NCBI GenBank assembly: GCA_019454415.1
Contig: JACFOI010000006.1
Span: forward strand, 1-58,392
Length of the DNA: 58,392 nucleotides
Source of the DNA: Patescibacteria group bacterium
GTDB taxonomy: Bacteria; Patescibacteriota; Microgenomatia; UBA1400; PJMF01
Reading direction: 5' to 3'
Every line of letters begins with the position of its first letter. Positions within the stretch are counted from its first letter, which is position 1. The notes below the pieces were generated by a model. It made no database searches and had not been told where the DNA came from. It saw only the letters and a list, made by a program, of their open reading frames with translations. This document shows, piece after piece, positions 1-6,249 of the stretch. Made by a program: the position numbers and the translations under genes.

Positions 1-76
1 ATATCGATTAGACGCACAGATTGACTCGGTGTACTTTGAGATCTACAGAAGTAGAAATTAGGTATATCGATTAGAC
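1..76 (-). CRISPR. Leader-proximal end of a type V-A CRISPR array: full repeat at 41-76, 27-nt spacer at 14-40, first 13 nt of the next repeat at 1-13. The array continues beyond the window edge.
   Basis: The minus-strand repeat reads GTCTAATCGATATACCTAATTTCTACTTCTGTAGAT (36 nt). Positions 1-13 match 64-76 at 13 of 13 bases. The 3' end AATTTCTACT-TCT-GTAGAT, with hairpin TCTAC/GTAGA, is the conserved Cas12a crRNA handle. The array lies directly downstream of cas2 on the same strand. Confidence 0.85.
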
Positions 77-249
77 AGTTTGAAGATTGATGTACCAAGC
101 TAAAAAGATACAAGTGATTTTTTGTTCTTCACGACTTTTTAGCCTGGTACTACCTAATTCAGTTTGCATAAAGACTGAGGTTTTCTTCTAATTGGTACAC
201 TTTAATTTCCACCTAGGTTCTTAAATGATCATAACGAACTGTTAATGTA
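77..249 (-). promoter_or_regulatory. Putative CRISPR leader: AT-rich non-coding stretch between cas2 and the first repeat
   Basis: 173 nt with no ORF and a low-GC appearance, located between the cas2 stop (250) and the first repeat (76). No promoter was mapped. Confidence 0.5.
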
Positions 250-531
250 CTAGGAAAAGACCACCACATCTTTTTCCTCGTTCTGGGCACAGCCATAACG
301 GATCGTTTTTTTCTTATCACCTTCGCAGATTGACCAGATCACCACACTATCTGCTGCTTCGAACTTCTTCTTATATTTCGATTCTATCTCGTTTAAGACA
401 TTCTGCAAGATCCGTGGGCTATTATGGATCTCATAGACTGAGTACTGCAGTTTACGACCAAATTTGTTTAAAAATTTGGAGAGTTTTGTCCTTGTCTTAT
501 CATTGCTGATGTCATAGGAAACTAAAATCAT
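250..531 (-). CDS. cas2: CRISPR-associated endoribonuclease Cas2
   Basis: 93 aa. The N-terminus MILVSYDISNDKTRTKLSKFLNKFGRKLQYSVYE is the typical Cas2 ferredoxin-fold start. A Shine-Dalgarno (SD) AAGGAGG precedes the ATG at 531. It is adjacent to cas1. Confidence 0.9.
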   Translation of the reverse strand: MILVSYDISNDKTRTKLSKFLNKFGRKLQYSVYEIHNSPRILQNVLNEIESKYKKKFEAADSVVIWSICEGDKKKTIRYGCAQNEEKDVVVFS

Positions 532-544
532 TCTCCTCCTTTAG

Positions 545-1513
545 TTACCCAAACTGATAGTAAGGAAATGCGTGCTTAGATGGATCCATAACATGTCTAT
601 AAAAACCCTGAATGTATGTGAAAATTTCCTCTTTCCGGTCCATCAGGCACTGCATGAAGATAGTGGCATACTCAGCTCTTTTGGCTGGAGCAAATTCGAA
701 TGAACCATTTTTAAAAATGAAGTCGGTTTCTTTAATTTGTCCAAGGTTGTGTGATTTAACAATTTGTTTATCAATGATGCAGCGAAATGGTTCTACCAGG
801 TCACAGGCCAATGACTTTCTTTGAAAAAAGAGTTGATGATAGAATCCTTTGTAGGTGTCGAAGCCATGGAGGCGAAGAATAGCATCAACGAGGTGGAATA
901 GAAAAGTGTAGCCCATGTCCATCAGCAGATTAGTGATATCCTCCCTTGTTCTGGGAGCACGGCGACGCCACTTCATATCCCGGAACTGCTCTGAAAAATA
1001 ATAACGTGAGATAGTTCCCTCAAGACCTAATAGACTTTCTAAACTATCAGCAGTTGTAGCTTCTCTCTTCCAGCCCTCTATTTTCTGACATAAATCCCTA
1101 TTTTTCTTAATATTTTTTTTGAGTTTCAGAAGTGCCATCTGATTTTCTACTTTGTTAACTATTAACGGTCTAGCCATCGACAACTGATGCTCAGGGGAAA
1201 GGCTATACTGCTTTTCTCGTAGCAGATAGTGGCCTTCAGCAGCTGCCGACAAGTCGGCATACATTTCAAAATTATGCTTGAGTAAAAAGACTGATACACC
1301 ATGCTCCTTCGTCTTACGTAGAAAGCTGGTGGTGAGTGATAGGTCCCCACAGATAAAAACCGCAAAGACCCTTTGTAAGGAAACGCGATTTATTACTTTT
1401 TTTTCTTTTTCAAATACGATGTTATCGTTGTAAATACGAAGAGAGCTTGGCTTTCCCCATTCCGCTTGAACAAAGAGAAGTTGTTTTTCTTGAAAATCTG
1501 GAAGCGACAGCAT
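545..1513 (-). CDS. cas1: CRISPR-associated integrase Cas1
   Basis: 322 aa, a Cas1-like length and sequence, flanked by cas4 and cas2. ATG at 1513. Confidence 0.88.
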   Translation of the reverse strand: MLSLPDFQEKQLLFVQAEWGKPSSLRIYNDNIVFEKEKKVINRVSLQRVFAVFICGDLSLTTSFLRKTKEHGVSVFLLKHNFEMYADLSAAAEGHYLLREKQYSLSPEHQLSMARPLIVNKVENQMALLKLKKNIKKNRDLCQKIEGWKREATTADSLESLLGLEGTISRYYFSEQFRDMKWRRRAPRTREDITNLLMDMGYTFLFHLVDAILRLHGFDTYKGFYHQLFFQRKSLACDLVEPFRCIIDKQIVKSHNLGQIKETDFIFKNGSFEFAPAKRAEYATIFMQCLMDRKEEIFTYIQGFYRHVMDPSKHAFPYYQFG

Positions 1514-1520
1514 ACATGCC

Positions 1521-2075
1521 TTAAAAACTTAAATGACGATAAATGCTGAGTTCACACCGCAAATCAGTTGGTTGAGGCTGTCGGGGATCATAGTGCCTCA
1601 TGGCGTAGAGCGTTTGCTCAAAGTCTTTGATTTCGGACGGTGTTGGTAAACTAATCTGGTATCTCTTGTTATCTTGAAGAGAATGAATCGCTAGTTTTTT
1701 GACCTGATAGCCCATCTCCTGCAAACAGAACATTTGCGCATATAGTTGGTACTTATGGCCTGTCTGTAAGGTCTTCAGCTTTGTTTTTCTCTCGATCAAA
1801 GTGGAAGTGTTCTGGTCATAAATATCAATCTTACCGCCGATGTTGTACTTAGTGCTGTAGACGGCCATACCCTGTAGATACCGTTTGGCAGTAGAGTACG
1901 TATGCTCTTCAATATTCTGATGGGTAAGTTTACCCACGACCTGGGGTGTTTCGTGGTACGTCTTCTGGTCGAACGTTTCGTAGACACTATGGAGATACAG
2001 CGACTTGGGGCTGTAGAGAAAATCATTGATCTTCGAGATCTGGATGAAAGGCTCCATAGGACGCGGATTATACAC
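1521..2075 (-). CDS. cas4: Cas4 (RecB-like PD-(D/E)xK nuclease); three of the four expected Fe-S cysteines are Ser
   Basis: 184 aa. Nuclease motifs are IDIYD (D84/D87), IERK (E95, K97) and QLYAQ. The N-terminal YSPK replaces the usual YCPR. The C-terminal C174-x2-S177-x5-S183 replaces CX2CX5C. The start is GTG at 2075 with AGGA upstream; an alternative ATG lies at 2057. Confidence 0.8.
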   Translation of the reverse strand: MYNPRPMEPFIQISKINDFLYSPKSLYLHSVYETFDQKTYHETPQVVGKLTHQNIEEHTYSTAKRYLQGMAVYSTKYNIGGKIDIYDQNTSTLIERKTKLKTLQTGHKYQLYAQMFCLQEMGYQVKKLAIHSLQDNKRYQISLPTPSEIKDFEQTLYAMRHYDPRQPQPTDLRCELSIYRHLSF

Positions 2076-2145
2076 TATTTCGTCCTATATTTCAATATTA
2101 GGGGATTTTATTTATTTCGACTTCCCCGAAAAGGTAACCATTTTG

Positions 2146-5100
2146 TCAACGGCTAGCTGTTTTTTGTGTAAATTTATCCCAGTCAAATTTTGAAATGAAT
2201 AAGTCTGGTTTTTCTGACTTTGCGACACGTTCAAGTAAAAGAATACCCTTGCGCGCGATATTGTACGCACCATTTGCATCGCCGTTGAACTCAGCAATAA
2301 ATCTTTCCTTGTCTTCAATCTTGCCAATAAATTTGGCTTCCAACCCTGCCAAGTTTACAAACCCCTCAGTATATTTGCCTCCATCAGTGCAGAAGAATGG
2401 TTTAACCGGGGAGGCCAAGAAGTCTACCCCGTCAATTGTTTCTATAACATTCCCATTTGTATCCTTCTTATACTGGGTAGTAGTAGAATTTCGCACTTGA
2501 AGTGTGAGATTGAAAAGGTAAATAAAACTCTGCCAGAAATTTCTGTTCTTACCGTCAAATTCCTTTGTTCCATTTAACCGTCCCTCAACCAGCATCTGGA
2601 AGATTTGATCCTTAATATCTCCAGCATGGATATTATCAAATCCCCACCGACTGAAGAGTTCCAGGAATTTATCATTTGGGTTTACCGCTATAGTTTCCCA
2701 ATAACCGTTTCGATTTTCCCTTTTAATACGTGGAACCTTTGCATAGACTGTCCATGGTGTAGAGAAGGTATTGTCCTTGAATTTTCCATCGACAAAATTG
2801 AGAGGATTATATTTAAAATAATAGCTCTGTATTGCATCATCCCAACCAATCTCATCCATCTTCTTAATAAACTTTTTAATTTTTTCAACTGTTTCAGAAT
2901 TACCGATATAGATATTTTTTCTAAAACCGCTCACTGGATCAGTTTGTGAGGTATATTCTGCCTGTGTGTAAAAAAGCACTCCAGTTTGCTTACCTATATC
3001 TCTAAACGTCTCAAACGGAGCAGTCAACTGATATGCCCGCAAAACGTGTCCTGCTTTAGTTGGATCAATCTCTTTTTTATTAACAAGAAAGTTTAATTTA
3101 TCAATAAGAGCTTTCTCGAGTTGTTGATAGATACTTTTCTCAATTCCGCCTCGCACTTGCTTGAAACGCATATTCAGATCTTCAAGGACAACAATGGCAT
3201 TGTACTTAATGACGAGGTCAGCAATATCGTGTACGACATGTGAGATATACCCCTTCTTTAAGTCTTTTATCTGCTCGACACTTTTCCAATCACGTCGTGC
3301 TTTTTCGCGATTCTTCGCTCGGTCCTCAAGCAAGCTAGCATAATTGATTTTATTTATCTTATTCAGTGATCGAATTTCAAGAATCTCTCCTTGCTGATTA
3401 ATGACAGAAAGATATGCTAAATGTTTTTCACCGCGATCGATGCCAATGATATTTATTTCAGGATTATTAGCCAGGAACCTATTGATCGACTGATTAAATT
3501 TTTGTGCATCAGAAGCAGTGCGATTTAGAGTGATCGGCACATGGAAAAACATTTTGTTCTTCGCATACCGCTTATTCTTGGTGACTAATTTCCCTTTACT
3601 GTCATGTCGCGTCCCTAGCTTTTCTTCGCTGGTTGCTGGTCGGAAAAACAGTTCGGCTTCCCCATTTAATTTAACTACAAAATTACTCTTCGCATTTTCT
3701 TCAGAAAAAACTTGCTCAAAGCAAAGCGTATGCGTATTTTTTAATCCAGTTTTCTTTGCACCATCTTTGAGATTCCAGTCTTTATTATGAATTTCAAAGA
3801 GATACAATTTACCCTCTTTGTTTGCCTCTTCTATGTACTCTTCAGAAACATATTCAAAGTCAATCAGATACCCACTTTCGGCCACATCACGATAGAACTC
3901 ACCAATGTTGTCGGTATATGCTTTTGTCTCCTTTACCTTGTTAAAATTGTATACTCTCCAGCCTTTATATGTTTTTAATGCGACTTTGTAGAAATCAATC
4001 AAGCGGTGCATAGACGACAGAGAGAATGTATCGCCTTTCTTGAACTCGCCATTTCTATATATTCTAAGTATTTCCTCCTCAGGTTCAAAAAATTTAAGTC
4101 CTTTTTGGGAAAAACATACCTTAGGCATCATCTTAGCTGGGTCAGGAAATAACTTATAAACCATTTTTTGATAACCCGATGTCGATACCGGAAATTTTTT
4201 AAAGAGAGTATTATTCTTTTTATCCATCACACCAAGATAATACTTATCATCCTTGCGTAATATTACCGAGGTGTTATCTACTTCTTTATTCTTATCCCAG
4301 CCATCAGCTAGAGTGGGGTTTTCAAAATTCAACTTCCACTTGTCTTGATTAAATGGTTTTTTGCTCAGATAGTTACGAACCTTGTCATATACTTTAAAAA
4401 TTTTCTCATGGCTGTCTGTATAGAATTGTTCGTACTCAATGTAGAAATCATCAGTTTCCAAGCCATCAGGATTCCATTGTCTAGATTTATCCAGGGAAAA
4501 GTACTTGGCAAGTCGATAGATATTCAAAACTCTATCCGCAAAGTTTTTTATAATTTCTGTAGAGTTCTGACTGTGTTCAAAAGTATCATGAGCAAGGAGC
4601 TGCTGGATGTCATTCACTAAATCATCTAGGGGTTTACCTTCTTTTTTATGCCCATTGAGTTTGAGGTCGACATATTCATGATGAAAAACAAAAAGGAATT
4701 GTTGCCAGGGAGTAAGATTTTCTAATTCTGGATTGTTTTCGTAGTAGTGATCTTTCCAGATTTTTTCTCGCTCTTCAGAATCACCTTCGACCAATGTTTC
4801 TACCGCACTTTTAATAATGTCCCAACCGACAAAGGCAGGAAATCTGTATTCTTCGCTTTTGAAGTCAAACTTAACATTTCGGTCGCCTTTCTCTTGAAAG
4901 GCCGAGATAAGAGCGTTTGATATTTTTTCGTAATTGGCAAACCACCGCCTGGTGATAGTATTGATTGCTTCCTTACGGAAATAAAGGCCAGCAAGATTGC
5001 CTTGTCTCTCAACAAGAGAGGCCACACTTTTATCGAAAACATTGATCTTTTCTTTGGCAGTTGATACAAACTTGATGAGTTGCTGTCTCAATTGCTCATC

Positions 5101-6036
5101 AGTCTCTATAAAATCCAAAAAATCTTCTTTATCACTGCCGATCTGCTTATCCAATTTCTTGAGACGAGATAACTTGTCTCCGGTCCTTTGTTTGTACTCA
5201 TTGATATATTGATTAAGACCTTTAACCTTCTGATCTTTAGTGCCGCCTATAAGTAGGTTAAAAGCGTCGATTCCTTTTTGGGTAAGGCAGGTGGTGTAAT
5301 GCTCTAATCGCAATATTTGATCAAAGTCTACTTGCAATTCTTTCTCTAATTGGGATAGATCAATCTTTTCTTTTACAGATTTGAAAGCCGCGATGTTATC
5401 GCAGAATCTGCGCAAATTGTCGTTGACGATCCTTGTCGCCACAGCGGTAGCGGTACCGTCACTTTTATAAAAATTTTTACGGGTTTCAAAAAACTTACCG
5501 AAGTATGCAGACCATTTATCCCAACTCTCAAAAATAGACTTGCCATCAACTCTTGCCTCTGGGTCACTGCCGTACTTTTGTTGCAATATAGAAAAGACCG
5601 CAGGTTCAAAAAGAAATTCGTGATTGCTTTTCTTTAGCTTTGTATTGTTGGAAAAGTCTTGAATCCACTGAGTGGCTTTTCTATCAAAAAAACTCGAAAC
5701 TTCTTTACGTATTTCTTGCTCTTTTGCCTTTAATTGATCTAGTTTTTCTTTATTATTTCGATCTGTTTTCCAAGAGGTATAGATATCGTCATAACCATTT
5801 AGGGATTGCAGGGTGACACCACTTAAGGATTCACTAATAAATTCTTGATGTAGCTTATCAATAAATGGTTTAGTCTTTTCGTATCTTTCTTTTCTATTCC
5901 AATCTATATCAATAATCTTATTTGCTATGAGCATTTCTTCCGTCTTACCCACAGGCTTCAGCTCAAACCGCAGTGTCTTGGACAGCACGTACTGTCTGGT
6001 AAATTGGTCAAAGATGGATGAGGTTGTATTAGTCAT
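2146..6036 (-). CDS. cas12a: Cas12a (Cpf1), type V-A single-subunit effector nuclease
   Basis: 1296 aa. The N-terminus is FTRQYVLSKTLRFELKPVGKT. RuvC-I is IGIDRGE (D867, codon 3436-3438), RuvC-II is VVLEDLN (E952) and RuvC-III is NGDANGAYNIA (D1253). The Nuc motif is TLQVRNS (R1182). LYLFEIHNKD and FFHVPITLN are WED/processing-region motifs. There is no HNH domain. SD GGAGAG precedes the ATG at 6036. Confidence 0.95.
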   Translation of the reverse strand: MTNTTSSIFDQFTRQYVLSKTLRFELKPVGKTEEMLIANKIIDIDWNRKERYEKTKPFIDKLHQEFISESLSGVTLQSLNGYDDIYTSWKTDRNNKEKLDQLKAKEQEIRKEVSSFFDRKATQWIQDFSNNTKLKKSNHEFLFEPAVFSILQQKYGSDPEARVDGKSIFESWDKWSAYFGKFFETRKNFYKSDGTATAVATRIVNDNLRRFCDNIAAFKSVKEKIDLSQLEKELQVDFDQILRLEHYTTCLTQKGIDAFNLLIGGTKDQKVKGLNQYINEYKQRTGDKLSRLKKLDKQIGSDKEDFLDFIETDEQLRQQLIKFVSTAKEKINVFDKSVASLVERQGNLAGLYFRKEAINTITRRWFANYEKISNALISAFQEKGDRNVKFDFKSEEYRFPAFVGWDIIKSAVETLVEGDSEEREKIWKDHYYENNPELENLTPWQQFLFVFHHEYVDLKLNGHKKEGKPLDDLVNDIQQLLAHDTFEHSQNSTEIIKNFADRVLNIYRLAKYFSLDKSRQWNPDGLETDDFYIEYEQFYTDSHEKIFKVYDKVRNYLSKKPFNQDKWKLNFENPTLADGWDKNKEVDNTSVILRKDDKYYLGVMDKKNNTLFKKFPVSTSGYQKMVYKLFPDPAKMMPKVCFSQKGLKFFEPEEEILRIYRNGEFKKGDTFSLSSMHRLIDFYKVALKTYKGWRVYNFNKVKETKAYTDNIGEFYRDVAESGYLIDFEYVSEEYIEEANKEGKLYLFEIHNKDWNLKDGAKKTGLKNTHTLCFEQVFSEENAKSNFVVKLNGEAELFFRPATSEEKLGTRHDSKGKLVTKNKRYAKNKMFFHVPITLNRTASDAQKFNQSINRFLANNPEINIIGIDRGEKHLAYLSVINQQGEILEIRSLNKINKINYASLLEDRAKNREKARRDWKSVEQIKDLKKGYISHVVHDIADLVIKYNAIVVLEDLNMRFKQVRGGIEKSIYQQLEKALIDKLNFLVNKKEIDPTKAGHVLRAYQLTAPFETFRDIGKQTGVLFYTQAEYTSQTDPVSGFRKNIYIGNSETVEKIKKFIKKMDEIGWDDAIQSYYFKYNPLNFVDGKFKDNTFSTPWTVYAKVPRIKRENRNGYWETIAVNPNDKFLELFSRWGFDNIHAGDIKDQIFQMLVEGRLNGTKEFDGKNRNFWQSFIYLFNLTLQVRNSTTTQYKKDTNGNVIETIDGVDFLASPVKPFFCTDGGKYTEGFVNLAGLEAKFIGKIEDKERFIAEFNGDANGAYNIARKGILLLERVAKSEKPDLFISKFDWDKFTQKTASR

Positions 6037-6060
6037 GCTCTCCTCTCAAGCCCTTAAATA

Positions 6061-6088
6061 CCAAAAAGGGGCGACGGCTTGTCGCCCA
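6061..6088 (-). terminator. Rho-independent terminator downstream of alaS and immediately upstream of cas12a
   Basis: The minus-strand RNA GGGCGAC-AAGCC-GUCGCCC forms a 7-bp GC-rich stem (6069-6075 with 6081-6087), followed by UUUUU (plus-strand A-run at 6063-6067). Confidence 0.75.
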
Positions 6089-6249
6089 ATAGAGGATTGC
6101 TTACCAAACGGTTAAGCGCTATCGGAACCGTCACCCCTTCTTGATTTTCAATCAGGGTCTGAACTCTCTCTATAGGCGACAACCCAAGTGTATCAGGAAG
6201 CTATTTACTGACAAGTAACTAAATAACTACAAGCCAAGAGGTCAGTTTT

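Noticed and set aside
2076-2145. Possible tracrRNA or anti-repeat in the cas12a-cas4 spacer, and likewise in 6037-6249
   Set aside because: Neither strand shows a stretch complementary to the 36-nt repeat beyond 6-nt chance matches. This is consistent with type V-A needing no tracrRNA.
2195-5609. Numerous 60-114-aa ORFs in the track that lie inside or antisense to cas12a, for example 2195-2500, 2605-2949, 3518-3790, 4345-4620 and 5373-5609
   Set aside because: They are fully nested in a 1296-aa gene with clear homology. Their translations are low-complexity, Phe/Ile/Leu/Ser-rich products typical of off-frame reads of AT-rich coding DNA.
6068-6137. tRNA-like end pairing on the minus strand: GGGGTGA at the 5' end and TCGCCCC at the 3' end, resembling a 7-bp acceptor stem about 70 nt apart
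   Set aside because: The interior cannot be folded into D, anticodon and T arms. There is no GTTCRANYC-like T-loop, and the 17 nt before the 3' strand do not form a T-stem. I interpret the segment as a terminator plus a possible competing helix instead.
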